Made by a program: the position numbers and the translations under genes. Shown piece by piece: positions 14,116-28,200 of a stretch of 51,564 bases of DNA. The notes beneath the pieces are model-generated. The model was not told the origin of the DNA. It did no database searches and saw only the letters and a list, made by a program, of their open reading frames with translations. Source of the stretch: Octopus bimaculoides (taxonomy: Eukaryota); NCBI RefSeq assembly GCF_001194135.2, contig NC_068982.1:182901550-182953113 (forward strand). The letters are read 5' to 3'. Each line of letters opens with the position of its first letter. Position 1 is the stretch's first letter.

Positions 14116-14327
14116 ATATATATATATATATATATAGGTAGGTAGGTAGGCAGGTAGTTAGGGTAAATCCCGGCTGTTTCCTCTTGAAGTACATCTGCTT
14201 ATTCCATTATTACAATCCAATATGTAGTTTCAGATGCTGCTATATGTTAATCAAAATAATATCAAAATTGAGAATTATGGAAATAATAGTATTTGCAGTT
14301 AAATACCAAAACAAAATTTCAATTTCC

Positions 14328-14358
<31 letters not shown>

Positions 14359-15355
14359 CGTACATACGTACGTATGTACGTGTACAGAGAGAGATGGGGA
14401 GACTAGTAGGAAAAAAGAGATGAGAAACTGAAAGAAAGATATTCATGCGCTGCCCGTTATTTATTTTTTTAACAATTGCTCCTCTGTTGTTCGACTCCGT
14501 TTGCTAAACAGTTTATTTCCCACTAGATCACTAAATCATCTAAAAGACATTTTCCCAACTCAGTCTGCAGAAGACAAAATGAAGAAATGCAAAGAAAGAT
14601 TAATGAAAGGTTTGGAAAAATTCATTCGCTTCGTTCACACATGATGTAAATTCGCCATGGTTTCCCTGTTGAACAAAAGTATAAGAGAATACAAGAGCTG
14701 ATACAAAAGGGAAAGAAAAAAAAAGCATTAAATATATTTCTATAACTTCGTCTTACTTTGAATATTCCCCGCAACAATGTTACCAATAATGAAGTAATTA
14801 CATGCTTTTTCACTTCGGTTCATAAAATTATAGGAGAAAATATAATAAACTAAAATACGATAACGTGAATATAAAACACAGTAATAATAACTGATAACAA
14901 TATATGGATTTTGTGAGAATGCGCATGCGCTGTGGAGCTAAATAGCTGCAGCTGTTATAAGAAATGGGAAACAAAGCAGCATGCATTAAATTCCATGTGA
15001 TGGTTAGTTTAGGAAAACATGTCATTTTTATCTGGGAATGATTGAGTTTAGAACGTTCGAATGAGAAAGCGTGTAAAGATGGCGTGTTTGGATGAATATA
15101 TACGATTTTACGGCGATTCATTTGCACTAATTCATCGTGCAGTGATGGAAATATGCATCTCTTCTAATTTTTCTAATATATGTGTGTATGTGTGTGTGCA
15201 TGTGCGCGCGCGTATTTTGCTTTGTGTAATAGAGTGTTTATAGACTATACTTTCCATAGCGTCTATTGAATACACTTACGTTCATTAAACAAAACACACA
15301 CACACACTGTTACACACATACCTATTTGTAAACACACATCTCTCTCTCTCTCTCT

Positions 15356-15439
<84 letters not shown>

Positions 15440-15870
15440 TAGAGACAGATATTCTCTGTATAGAATACTCTTCGTAGTGCGCGAGAGATTTGAACTTGAG
15501 CAGGTAGAGAAGCAAATGTAGGTATAAGCAAGTTAGTCAAGTCGATCTACAAAAAATGTTAAATACATTTAATACAAAAAATGTACATAAGTATACATAT
15601 AAAAAAAGAGTTTAAATATTCCATCTTTAAACTCCATTCTGTCAACACCTCAAATGTAAAATTATTCCATGAAGACGGAGGCTGGTGTTACCCGATGATG
15701 GAATCAAGTTATGATCATTATTTTGGACCACCAAGGCCCCAGGAATAGCTGTTGGGCTCGCAAAACTCTTATTCAACCCCTTTAATTCCTGATACCATTT
15801 CTATTCTGTGTAACTCGAACTTTTTTATACGTATACATATGTACATTTTTTTTATTCAATATCTTTTTGT

Positions 15871-16040
15871 GAGAGTTTATGTCCCCGTAACTTAGAGGTT
15901 CGACAAAACAGACAGAATAGTTACTAGGCTTACAAAGAATAAGTCGTGGGGTCAATTTCTTCGACTAAAACCCTTTAAGGTGGTGCTCCAGCATGGCCAC
16001 TGTCAAATGACGGAAACAAGTGAAAGAATAAAAGAATAAA
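15871..16040 (+). mobile_element. SINE family 1, 3' module only
   Basis: CCCCGTAACTTAG...GCTTACAAAGAATAAGTC...GGTGCTCCAGCATGGCC...GAAACAAG(T/A)AAAGAATAAAAG. Confidence 0.8.
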
Positions 16041-16649
16041 AGGATATATTTAACAGTTGAAAAAGGAGTATCAACTAGGATTACAAGAACTGGGAGAGAC
16101 TGCAGCTAAGTCCCCCGCAAAACACACGATGTTATATCTTGTATGTGTATACGTTTGTATGAAGCAACGAGGCAGACATTTGAAATGTTGTTAGATATGG
16201 TTGAAATAGCATCCAAATTTCAAATCGCATCCATATGTGAATATATATGTATGAACCAACAAGTGAAGTCCTACGACTGCTAGTTATGCTAGAAAAGCTG
16301 TTAAATCTCCTTTGCAACAAACATTGCCGTCTTCTAAAAACTGAGCACATTAGATAATGTAGTTACAGAAACCTTAATGATGTTTGATGCACAAGACCGA
16401 AACGCCTTTAATCATGAATTTGCTAGATCAAAATCAAACTGGGGTTAAGCAACAGTAGCTGAATTTTTAAGGATTCCATAATTAGTCTGAGTGAACCCCG
16501 AGAGATTATTTTGTGATTGCATACAGGTAGGAAGCTGGTTTACGAGTAGGTGTTTTGAAATTATCTAGTTATAGAATCTAAGTATAAAATACAGCGTGAT
16601 AAAATCTGTAATAAATTGCAACAATTTTACATTACTAAATTCAGTGCGT

Positions 16650-16900
16650 GAAGGTATGTAATCCTAGTGGTTAGGCTGTTGCACTCACGACCGCTAGATT
16701 GTGAGTTCGATTCCCAGACCGGGCGGCGCGTTGTGTTCTTGAGCAAAACACTTCATTTTCCGTTGCACCAGTACCCACTTTTGATTAGAGAGGAATGTTG
16801 GCCTGCACGATTCGCTAGTGGGGTAGTATGAGGTGCAAAACGCATTGTAACAAACGATATCTAACATCTGATAGTCTGGTCGATCACATGATCACGTGAA
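16650..16900 (+). mobile_element. tRNA-derived SINE (family 3)
   Basis: CTAGTGGTTAGG...GAGTTCGATTCCCAGACCGGGC (A/B boxes), then GTTGTGTTCTTGAGCAAAACACTT core similar to the copies at 18572 and 25163. Confidence 0.75.
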
Positions 16901-17122
16901 ATTCAGTGCATGTTTTCTGCCTGGATAAATGTTTGATTCTGAATAAATTACAAATGCTTTTTAATTGAGTAAATAATGAATGATTTGATTATTTCAAAAT
17001 CGAGTTACCAGTCTACAAGTCTAATAATTACTGGTGGGGAGTGATTTAATCCGTGCATAATGTACGTGCATATTACTTATTTATGTGTGTGCATGCACAC
17101 ATGCGCGCGCGTGTTTGTGCAT

Positions 17123-17129
17123 GTGTGTG

Positions 17130-17184
<55 letters not shown>

Positions 17185-17368
17185 GCAGGAATAGGGATTC
17201 AAAAAAGTCAGAGTTCATGGTAAGGTCTCTGCTACGTGACCGGGAAATCAGATTCTTACGTTACAGCACTTTTACATATGTGAATCTACATGTATATATG
17301 CATATATATCAATATATATATAGAGAGAGAGGAGAGAGGGAGGGAGTGAGAAAGGGAGAGAGAAAGAA

Positions 17369-17417
<49 letters not shown>

Positions 17418-17555
17418 AAAGACGGGAAAAGTGTAAAAGTGACTATATAAATGTACTTGTGTGTGATTCCAAACACACACGTATACATATGCACATACAT
17501 ACATACATACATACATACATACATACATACATACATACATACATACATACATACT
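17123..17555. repeat. Cluster of (GT)n, (TAGA)n and (CATA)n microsatellites
   Basis: Read directly. Confidence 0.9.
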
Positions 17556-18359
17556 TACATACCTCGTATACTTAATATACTTAGAGAGTTGTTGCTATGG
17601 AAATTTTATTTTAATGTTATGTCGAAGGATTCGCCGAAAGAAATGACGTTTGGCAACGGTAAAATCCAGGGAGTTTAAAGACTTAAATAATTAGATTAAG
17701 TAAAGTGTGATTAAATGAAGAGAGGATACGGTATTGGCTGATTGCCTGTCTGAGAATATTTGATTTTATATGATATTGAATGGATGTATTACTAATATAT
17801 TTATGCGTGTATGTTTAGCATTTTTCAAACAGTGTACAGTTAAATCAAAAGAGTTCATCATTTAACACTATTTCAGGATTATGTTATCCAACACGTGTAT
17901 TTTTAAGGTGTTAGTATGTTGAGTGAGTGAAAATCTTCTGCTTATTCTGGCCGGTTAAATGACATAATATTGGCTCCTTCGATACCATGTGTATATAGAT
18001 GTTGTAGTGAAGTAGTTTCTGTGGGGGTGCTTTGTGCTGATTTAGTACTTGATTCATTCAGTGATATTTAATTCACATTCTTTCAAACATTGGTTGGCTC
18101 GTATTGAATACATCAGTGAGTGCTCGGAGAAAATTGGCAGTTAGTGAATTTTGCTGAGATTAGAAAGGTCAATGGTAGTTTTAAAGTTAATTGCATTTCT
18201 TAAATCTGTTCACTGTCTTCTGAAAATCTAGAGCTGATATATTTGATTCTTTTGCAATGCATACAATCACAAACACGCACATACACGCACGTACTCATAC
18301 AATCACGTACACACACACATACATGTATATTTATGTATGCCTGGAAGTACGTGCATATA

Positions 18360-18420
18360 TATCTATGTATGTGTGCATATACGTATGTAAGCATTATGTG
18401 CATGTATGTATGCATTTATG

Positions 18421-18451
<31 letters not shown>

Positions 18452-18565
18452 GCATGCATGCATTTATGTATGTATGTATGTATGCATGTTTGTATGAATG
18501 CATGCATGTATGTATGATTGTATGTATATATGTATGTATGTACGTATGTATGTATGCATTCATAT
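18360..18565. repeat. Degenerate (TATG)n microsatellite
   Basis: Read directly. Confidence 0.9.
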
Positions 18566-18571
18566 GTGAGT

Positions 18572-18800
18572 GAAGGCATGCCTTCGTGGTTAGAGCGTTT
18601 TGTACCTGAGCAAAACACTATTTCACGCTGCTCTGTTAATATGTACTACTCCGTGCACCTGTACGGGCAGTGTCAATTTGACAGAGGGTGGGCGCTTATG
18701 TACAACACAAAAATTTTGACCACTTTAGACAAATCCTCTGTGCAGGTTGTTCAGCAAGAAGTTGCAAAATCGTCTCTCTCGAACTCGAGAGACAACCATT
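18572..18800 (+). mobile_element. Deleted SINE family 3-like copy
   Basis: GAAGGCATGCCTTCGTGGTTAGAGCG joined directly to CTGAGCAAAACACTATTTCACGCTGCTC; B-box region missing. Confidence 0.5.
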
Positions 18801-19384
18801 ATTAATATGTATGTATACAGGAAAAGGTAGATATATCCATATACGAGAATGTAATGCACCATTAGGAATAACTGTTTTAACCGCAAACATAACTCATAAC
18901 ATTTTTATTGACATAGAACAGGGGTGATCTGCCAAAAGTGTACAGTAACTCTTCCTCTAAACAACTGTACAACTTAAAATAATCTACATCATAAATGATG
19001 CATTTGTGCCTGAGTTATAAGCTGCAACTTACCTTTATATAATGTTACAGGAGATTACAGAACGTGTGTACGTACAAACGGGAAAAGATTATTAAATACG
19101 TAAAATAACGATATATATTTTTTTAGTTGAAAATTACGCTCCTTAAGTTTCAACACTGATTTACGCGAGAATATATAAAGATATTGAAATATGATCAGAC
19201 AACAGTACAACTATAATCAAATATCCTTGGACTGCTGGCTTTTCATATTTTGATGTGCATATGAGTATTTATATTTACATATTACGCTTCCTTGGGCTTC
19301 TTTGGTGTAATTCAGTTTCATTTTTGAATACACTCATACATACATAAATACATACATACATACATACACATATAAATATGTGTG

Positions 19385-19431
<47 letters not shown>

Positions 19432-20022
19432 GTGTATACATGAAGAGAGAGAGAGAGAAACACTCCAACAGAAAATCGGGAAAGCATTGCAACATTGACT
19501 CCATACCAAAAACATTCTCCAAACTGCATTATTTGCCACGTCAATGGCTACTATTGAAGAATCATGTCTGGATATATCCAAATATATGCAACGTAAAACA
19601 AAAATGTCCCCATTCGTTAGTCTGTAAAATTTGCTTTACTTCGTGTTTTTATTTCCTTTGCTCTCCAGTTTATTTTTTACTCGTAATCAAATTTTATTCA
19701 TAGACGGTCGTACATGACCAACTAACATCAATACTTCTTTTCTACAAGAACATTACAAGAAGCGAGCTCTGAGGCGAGTATGAAATGAACCGTTTTGACT
19801 ATATATATGGAATACAAGAATCTCGTGCGTTACAGACTTAGTGCTTTCCTGAAAATCTTGACGTAACCTGAAATATATTTTCCCATTTTGTGTTATAAAT
19901 TATTTCGAATAAAAAAGAAAAAACCATGAACAACAAAAGACAAGCCCTGTGAATGTTTTTTTGTTTTTTTTTATGGATGGGAATAGCAATTTCTAAACAT
20001 AGACAGTACGATAGACAGATAG

Positions 20023-20075
<53 letters not shown>

Positions 20076-20331
20076 CAAACATACATACATACATACATAC
20101 ATACATACATACATACATACATACATACATACATAAAGCTTTTGAAGAAACGTAGGTTACGAGATAAATAAGAATCGTTATACTGTAATTGAGTATACCG
20201 TTACCACCAAAGACGTTGACTACAGAATGAAAGAATGGAATGAGAGTTAATGGGAGGATGAGCGGACGGGAGGATGAACGGATGGGTGGATGAGCGGATA
20301 GAAGGATGAACGGATGAGAGGATCTTATATC

Positions 20332-21590
20332 TTATAGTTCATCATCATCATCATCATTTGATTCAGAGTTGAAGAACTTAACTAAAGTTCTTTTATGTTT
20401 AAGGAACATCATCTCTTTGTCCAACTCAGCGTAGGAGCTAAGCTCTTTATAAATTTCTCTTGTAATTATTATGCTATATTCACTATTATCACCAAAAACT
20501 TGCAGACTCTCCTCTATAAGTGCAGACTCTCCTCTATAATTAAGTGCAATATTTCTTGCACTTAATTTAAGTGAGAAAAGTGGAATGTCCATATTTTCGT
20601 CTGTGTTCTCAGCTTCATCTCGATCCAACAGTAACTCTGCGTAAGATAAATTTTCAGTATAGAACACAAGCAACTCAACTGCATCATCCTCAATGCCTTC
20701 TCCAAGCCCCACACTATTTGCAATCGTCACATTATCTTTCTGAATTTTATATAGATTTTTATGCTTTTGAAAACATTTAAAAAGTCATGGATACAATCTG
20801 GTTATATATTTTTCAAGCACCATTCAAATTTGAGTGTTTCATTTTATTCCATGACTCAGTTATGTCATCTTTTAAAAAGGACCTTGGCCATTTGTACCTT
20901 CTTATTTGAATGCCAAATCAGAATTAGGTTAAACTTCTAGTATCCCTTGAAAGCATTTGGATTTTATGACTGATACACGATAAAACGCTTAAAATTCATA
21001 GCGCCAACGGCATGTTCTTCCAGAAGAAACGTCATACGAGTTTTGCAGGCGTTGTTTTTTTCCTTGTCGAGCAATATAAGTTCGAGCAAGCTCGCGCTTC
21101 TAGAAAAGTGCAGTTTCATCAATATTGTATATTTGATTTGTTGTGTATCTTGCTTCAGCAATCATTTTTCTTTTCAGTTGGTCATGGTAACTGGCAGCAA
21201 CCTTTGTATCAACACTGGCAGCTTCTCCACTCATTTTTATGCTGTACGGATTCAAGTACTTTTTGAAATTTTCAAACCTCTTTTACTAGCAAAAAAAAGG
21301 CTTTCTTAAGACGTTTCGCCCTTTTTTTTAGGAAATTATCATACAAAATCATGGCTTTTATCTTTTTAAAGAGTCTTTCTATCTTAGGCATCGCATTAGA
21401 TCTATGAAAAAATAAAGTCTTGGTACTTTAGCATAGTAACTTTTTCAGCTCAACTTAATTTTCTTTCTATCGTCATAAAGTATTCCCACAGTAGGTGACA
21501 AGCTTTCATGTTTTAGCAATTTAGCTTATTTCTATATCCTGATCAAGCCTTAATAGATGTAATATCCAGTGGTAAAAATTGGCTTATATA
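20332..21590 (-). mobile_element. Decayed Tigger/pogo DNA transposon (transposase pseudogene with internal DDE deletion)
   Basis: Minus strand gives FASKRG-ENFKK...IKMSGEAASVD (CENP-B HTH end), KTRMTFLL...NFKRFIVYQS (start of the DDE_1 region) and the C-terminal segment VELLVFYTENLSYAELL...LIEESLQVFGDN...YAELDKE...TLVKFF typical of Tigger transposases. Confidence 0.8.
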
Positions 21591-21715
21591 CATACATATG
21601 GCGTGGTGGGGTGCCTCTGTATGTGTGTGCGTGAGCGTGTGTGGACGAGTGTGTGTCTATGTATGCCTATATATGTATGCCTATATATATATGCCTATAT
21701 ATGTGTGTGCGCTTT

Positions 21716-21757
<42 letters not shown>

Positions 21758-23549
21758 AAGAGATAGATAGGTAGATAGATAGCTATTCTTTCTGACCCAT
21801 GAAAATATCCAAAAATACACACACACACACATACGCATGTATAAGTATATAACGGGATTATAGTTTTCCAATTTAACTACGCTTTAATCTTAGCTAAAAC
21901 GCCAAGATGCAACCTTCTACCTAAGAATAAACTGCAGATTTTAAATTATTAAATTTATCTGAGTTTCAGTGAAGACGAAATTACTGACCGTATACCGAAA
22001 TTTGTGGTCATACTTTACAACTTACGTAAGAGGGAAATTCCGTAACCTGGGGGCGCCGTAGCACGGAGGATGTCTGTATCCTCAAAATCTTCAAGAATGC
22101 ATTTCTTCTATGATTGGGTTTTTTTAAATTTTCATTCATATATTTTAAAATAACAATGTAGCTGTGAAAGATGTATCCTCATTTAGAGATTCGTTAGAGC
22201 TGGAAACTACACTGATTAAATGGATAGATTTTTTTTCCCTGTGATTTTGATATGGCAATTAGATATGAAGTATTGATACTATAGTCTGTGGAAGATTAAC
22301 GACAGATTTGTGCACATGATACCTCCTTTCAATTTCCAAGAGTTTAATAAATAGACTCGCAAGAACCAGGAAGTTTCAATACAGAATACCTTTTCAAACT
22401 CATGCTGTAATAAAAGACTAATTGTTATTTCTAATATTGCCGTATTGTCTCTTCATCCGAAATTTTCAAAAGCTTCCAATGAAATTCTCCAGCGTTCTGG
22501 TATTAAAAAAAATTTCAAGACATTTCTGGAGCTAATTAAATTTCTATCATAAGTAGAATTTAAAAACAAAACACAAGAAATGAAGAAGAAACAAGAACTA
22601 TCCTCGCTGCAATCAATTCTGTAGAGGTTTGGAATTACAATGAAGGGGAAAAAATATACTGCTTTTCGATTGTTCTAGATTCTATACAAACGCATCTCGA
22701 TGTTGTCGTAAATTGATTGAAATCATCAGGAAAAGACAAGAAAAGTAAGTGGGTGTCGTCCTGCTAGGCAAATATCAACAGGGTTGAGATAACAACACGT
22801 GAGTAGAATAAGGGAAGAAGAGTAAAGATTAATTAAAAGAAGACGAAGAATCTGATATGAAATAGCTAACGACAGAAAAAAAATACGAAACTGCTGGAGT
22901 AGTTAGGTTAGCTCCGCTTAGAGATTTAGTATTTTTTATATTTGATAGATTTAGTTTTTGTTAGTTTTCTTTAGAAAAAATTATTTGATCACTGCCGACA
23001 TTTTCTGAATGAATTGAAACATCAAATGTCAAGAGATTAAAACCAACAACAGTAAAATGATGAAAATCATTCTCTTGCTTTCTTTCTCATTCCTTTCATT
23101 TCGTGTATTACATGTATGTGAATGTGCATTAGCGAATATGTATGTTTGTGACTTCGTGTGTGAGTGCATATGTGCGCCAATGTGTGTGTGTGTATGTGTG
23201 TGTGTCATCAATTGGCTGACATCATATCAAGCTTTTGTTTTACTCTATGTTATAATTTTATCTTCTTTGATTACAGTAATATACACATATATACACATAG
23301 GCATACACACACACACATATATATATATATATAATTATACATACATATATATATACATATATATATGTATGTGTATGTATATATATATATAATTATAAGT
23401 ACATATAAGAGTAACTATATGTGTGTGTATAAATATATATACATATATATGCACTTACACATACGTGCATGTGTATGCATATATATTCATGCAAGCGTAC
23501 ATTGATTGGAATGCATGTTTGTGTACGCTTGCATGCGAGAGTAATACAT

Positions 23550-24500
23550 GGAGGAAAGCCGGAACCATTGTTAATATAGGAGAAGGCGGAGGAGAATGAA
23601 GGAAAGGAGTAGGAGAAGGACAGTTCTGAAATGGTATAATGGTAAGGGTGGAGTGATGAATATAGGGAGGTAAAGTGTGAGAAGAGAGAGGAGAGAGGAG
23701 AGAGGAGAGAGGAAAGAGGAGAGAGTAAATTGCAATGCTGTAACACGTGACAGCAATAAGAGAGAAGCTGCTCTATAAAGAGAGGAAAAAAGAACGAGAA
23801 TGCATGAATGAATGACTGAATGAATGAATGAATGAATGAAAAGGAAATGGAAAAAATGCTAATAAAAGTTGTTTATAAGGTGAAAATGAGAGAGAGAGAT
23901 TGATTGCATTTGAAGACAGAGACAGGGTAGAAGGGAGAAACAGAGAGAGAAACAGGGGGAGGGCGAGAGAGAGAGAGAGTCTGGCATAAGAAGAAATTAA
24001 GAGAGAGTAACATAGTAACAGCATGGTTCTGCGGTAGAGGATTTTGGAGAGAAAGAATGAGAGAGAGAGGACATAATGACGGATTAAATGAGAGGCGGGA
24101 AGTAATGATATGTTAAAGCGTGAAAGAAAGGAAAGATAGAAAGTGAGTAGTATAATGGCAGAGGGAAGAAGGAAGATTGGCAGAAAGTGGATAATGTGAC
24201 GGATGGGGAAGAGAGGGGAGAGAGATATTAATATTTAAGAGAGACGAAAACAATAATAGAAACGTTTAAACGGAACGGGAGAGACAAATGACAGAGTAAG
24301 AGTATGGAGGTGAGAACTTGTTAATACTGACACTGATGAGAAAGTAGTTTGATAAAGGTGAGTACTACGTAGAGAATATGGGAATTGCAGAGATGAAATA
24401 GTGCGTATAAAAATTATAGAGACAGAAGAAGTAAAATATAAAGAGATTGATATTGGGAAAAAAAAGAGAGAGACAGACAGAAGAGAGATGATTTATTTAG
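23550..24500. repeat. Purine-rich low-complexity tract with (GA)n, (GAGAG)n and (TGAA)n
   Basis: Read directly; strong G+A strand asymmetry. Confidence 0.8.
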
Positions 24501-24599
24501 TTGCAAGAATATGTAATTTCAAAAATCTACAAGCAATTTGAAAGCTATTTTATCTTTCGGTTTTGTTTTTTTTTTTTTCGTAGTTCTCCTTAATTTCCT

Positions 24600-25930
24600 A
24601 CTTATAAATCAGCTCTATAACTTCTCTAGTTCGTTGTACTTCTCTATATTTCTATTTTATGGTCATAATCTCCTATTATTCACCCCTATATTTCCCCTAT
24701 GCAATTTCACTTATATAAATACCTCATAGTTTCATTTGCCCTGTAATTCTACTTAAAATTCTATTCTGTAATTCTGCTCTATAATTATAAAACATGGTTT
24801 ACATTATATTTCCACTCTGTAGTTCTACACTATAGTTCTATTCTATAGAACTATCTATCATTCTGCCTTATAGTTTATCATTAAACTTATACTATATATC
24901 TGTCCTACATAAATCTATTCCACATTTGTATTTTATTGCTCTATACTGCATTCTAATCTGTTTATTCTTGTCTACAGTCTTGCCTGCTCTAAGTTCTATT
25001 CTATAATGCTGTAGTGCTCTACTATATACTTCTACCCAGTAGATCTGTATATTTATTATATGATATATCTATATGATAGTTTCATCATAAGTTCTACTCT
25101 ATACTTTTACCCTATTGTTCAATAATTATATCATATTTCTCAACTGGGCAGTTCTTCGCCGTAAGGCGCATGACTCAATGGTTAGAGCCTCGGACTCGCA
25201 ATCATGAGGTAGTGAGTTCGATTCCGGGGCCAGGCTGTGTTGTGCTCACGAGTGAGACATTTTATTTCACGCTGCTCAAGTTTACTCAATTGTAGGAATG
25301 AGTTGCAACGTTACTGGTGCCAAGCTGTACTGACCTTTGCTTTTCCCTTGGATAACATTGGTGGGATAAAGAGGGGAGGCTGCTATACGTGAGCGACTGG
25401 TGGTCTTCTTTTAGCAGCTTTGCCCGGTCTTGTCCTTCGGAGGATAACTTTTTAGGTGCCACCCCACGGTCATTCGTGACCAAAGGGTGTCTTATAGTCC
25501 CTCGCTATACTTTGAATTTACACTTCAGCCACATAGTTTTAGCATATAGCTATACTCCACAGATCTACACAGTTATTCATCCTTGTAGTCTATATTACTA
25601 CCATATACTCATATGCTATATTTCTACCTATCCTATAATCCTACACTATCGCTCTATTCTACAGATTTACTCCCTATTTCTACGATATTGCACTACTCTA
25701 TAGTTCTCTTCTATAATACTACTCCATACTACGGTTTTGTTCTATATTTCTACTCTGTAGATCTACTTTATAAATCCTTATAAATTTCTATTTTCTTGGA
25801 TGTTTCCTATACTTGTGTCCAATAAGTTTTCTTTATAGTATAATTAATATATAGTAGTATTCTATAGTTCTATTCTATAGTTCTATGTTCATTATTTTCT
25901 ACGCTTTAGCTTATATTTTCTATATAGCTC
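24600..25930. repeat. Cryptic degenerate array built on TTCTATAG/TTCTACTCT motifs (continues at 28200-28520)
   Basis: Dense recurrences such as TTCTATAGTTCTATTCTATAGTTCTATG (~25860) and TAGTTCTATTCTATAGAACT (~24835). Confidence 0.65.
25163..25493 (+). mobile_element. tRNA-derived SINE (family 3)
   Basis: AAGGCGCATGACTCAATGGTTAGAGC...GAGTTCGATTCCGG (A/B boxes); inserted inside the TTCTATAG array. Confidence 0.8.
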
Positions 25931-25974
25931 CACTCTATGTATCTTTTCACTTGTTCTACTTTATTCTACAATGC

Positions 25975-26177
25975 TGTCTTCTTCTCCTCCTCCTCCTCCT
26001 CCTCCTCCTCCCTTTTTCTTCTCTTCCCCCTCCTTTTCTTTCTCCTCTCCTTTCTCCTCCTCCTTTTCTTCTCTTCCCCCTCCTTTTTCTTCTCTTTCTT
26101 CTTCTTCCCCTTCTCCCTCCTCTTCTTCTTTACTTTCTTCTTCTCCTCCTCTTCCTCCTCCTCTTCTTCTTCTTCCC

Positions 26178-26180
<3 letters not shown>
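25975..26180. repeat. (TCC/TTC)n polypyrimidine tract
   Basis: Read directly. Confidence 0.9.
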
Positions 26181-26245
<65 letters not shown>

Positions 26246-28200
26246 AGCGGTCACGCTTGATATGCGCCTCACAGTGCTGCGCCAGGAATCTCTGCAACCA
26301 CCACTATTAACTTTGGGAGATCTGTATCGTATTATGTAATTCCACCAAAAACATCAATGTAATAGAATGATCTGTGCCTTTTATGAGAGTGCGAAAGTTT
26401 CCAACATATGGCCCTTGGTCCAGCAAGGCCTAATCTGCGTTGAGCAATTACTGTAGAAATGAGTGGAATATTCTCCTTGATCTTCTGCTTACACCATGAG
26501 ATGTTTTGAGCCTTCTTCAAATTCTGGTGTAAGCATAATCAGGGCGATCGTTTAGTGTTTTCTTCATAGTCCAGGTTTCGGTTCCACGGAGAAGTAAATG
26601 CCTTCTACGCTAGCCCCAAAGAAACGTTTGTTGACTTTGTAATACTTGGGCAGCTGCCAGCTGTCTTCAGGTTGCTTGTTGGAAGGCACTCCAGTCTAGT
26701 CACTCCCGTATAAAGGAATTTTTCTTACTGTCAGCAACGTAAGGCCCAAGATATGATATTTGAAGTTGACTCATCGTAGGAACAATATAACAGCTTTCAC
26801 TTTCATTGATGTTGTTTTTGTTGTTGTTGTTGTAATTGTTGTTGATGCTGTTGCTGCTGCTGCTGTTGTTCTTGTTGCTGTTCTTGTTGTTGCTATTGTT
26901 GTTGTTGAAAACTCGTTAAATGGACCGTCAGCGCTAAGCGCAAATCTTCATAAATTTTCTTACATCTAGTATACCATAGCTAAACAGCTTATCTTACATA
27001 GCTTTTCTCTGGACACTATCAAATGAATCCCTAGGCATTATCTACAAACATGATTAATGAGTTCTTAAATATTTTTTTAAAGGTCAAGGATCAGTGATAG
27101 TGTCATATATCTTTGCGAAAGCCGTTATGGTTCCATCTTATAAGTGGTCAATGTGAAAGAAAATTGTATTAAGGAACACAGAGTTGAAACTTTTTTGTGG
27201 ATAGGGAAAAACGTGTAATACCTCAATAATTCTGAAGTAGGTGAAGATCTTTGTTTCGAACTAGAATAACTGAAGACTTCGAGAAATCTGTTGGTCTGTT
27301 TCTTCCACAATAGCTTTTATTACAGAAATCCAAAAGATGTTTGTGGAAGAGTGGACTTCCCTAGATGATGGCAAGAATTTTATCTACATCTGATGTCTTG
27401 TTGTTTCATTATCTTCTATAGGACAGATTTTAAACTGTTTTATGGTAAATGGGCCGGTCTTGCCTCGCAACCTATCAGCTATTTTATAGCCGAAGAGTAG
27501 GATCGTTGCCCAGTTTGATGTTATCAAGTACAAATCTAAAGTACAGAAACTAGGCATCTAGGTGTCTGTCCGAGGTCTTCTCACTGAAGACGTTTTCTTC
27601 TTGGTAAATTTTCTTATAACTGCCCAGGTGGCAGCATGACTGTTCTCATGGTGGAAGTTGTCGATTTCTTCAATTTTGGATTTAACATGTTTCTAGTGCC
27701 GCCCTGTACGCTTCACCAAGAGCAACTTTAGCCGAATTAAGCTTCATTTCAGTATTCCTAGTGAACTGAGACTGGTGCTTCTGACCGCCTTCTTCAAATC
27801 CCTTCTGAGCCTGGTTAACTTTTTTATTGGAAGCGAAGATTAGTTTCTCTTTTCAGTGTTATATATTTCAGTGTTATATATTTGTTGAGTGTCATGTGCA
27901 TCCCTGCAATTCTTGTAATCTCAATTTTGTCACAAAGTGTGATGAACCCATTGTGTTCAGCAACTGTAAACTCCTTGTATAGTTTACCATCACCTGCTAC
28001 GTTTCTCCACTTAATTTGTTTCATCGGATCTCTAATATGTACATTGTTCTTACGGTAATGTAGCTAGCATTTTCATGAACCAATTCAGAAGTCAAATTAA
28101 CACCCTCAAAACAGTTGGATTCACGTAACACTTTGATATTAATTCACTTTTTTGTAGTAAACTGCATCAGGTTTAACGATAATTTCAGATCGTACGTGTA
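26181..28200 (-). mobile_element. Decayed RTE-like LINE, 5'-truncated, with (TAA)21 3' tail
   Basis: Minus strand gives an endonuclease end (SNCFEGVN), PTDFSKSSVILV...QNY*GIT, DSFDSVQRKAM...FSYGI, ETWTMKKTLNDR and NISWCKQ...IPLISTVIAQRRLGLAG. It ends directly in (TAA)n at 26181-26243, a microsatellite tail typical of RTE elements. Confidence 0.85.

Noticed and set aside
21295-21350. GAAACGTC on the minus strand resembling a hammerhead 3' half
   Set aside because: No CUGANGA core or stem I; it lies in the Tigger reading frame (KAMILYDNFLKKKGETS).
25885-26339. Long low-complexity ORFs (poly-S, poly-L, poly-E) and similar poly-T/Y/V or YI/CV ORFs throughout
   Set aside because: They are translations of microsatellites that lack stop codons, not genes.
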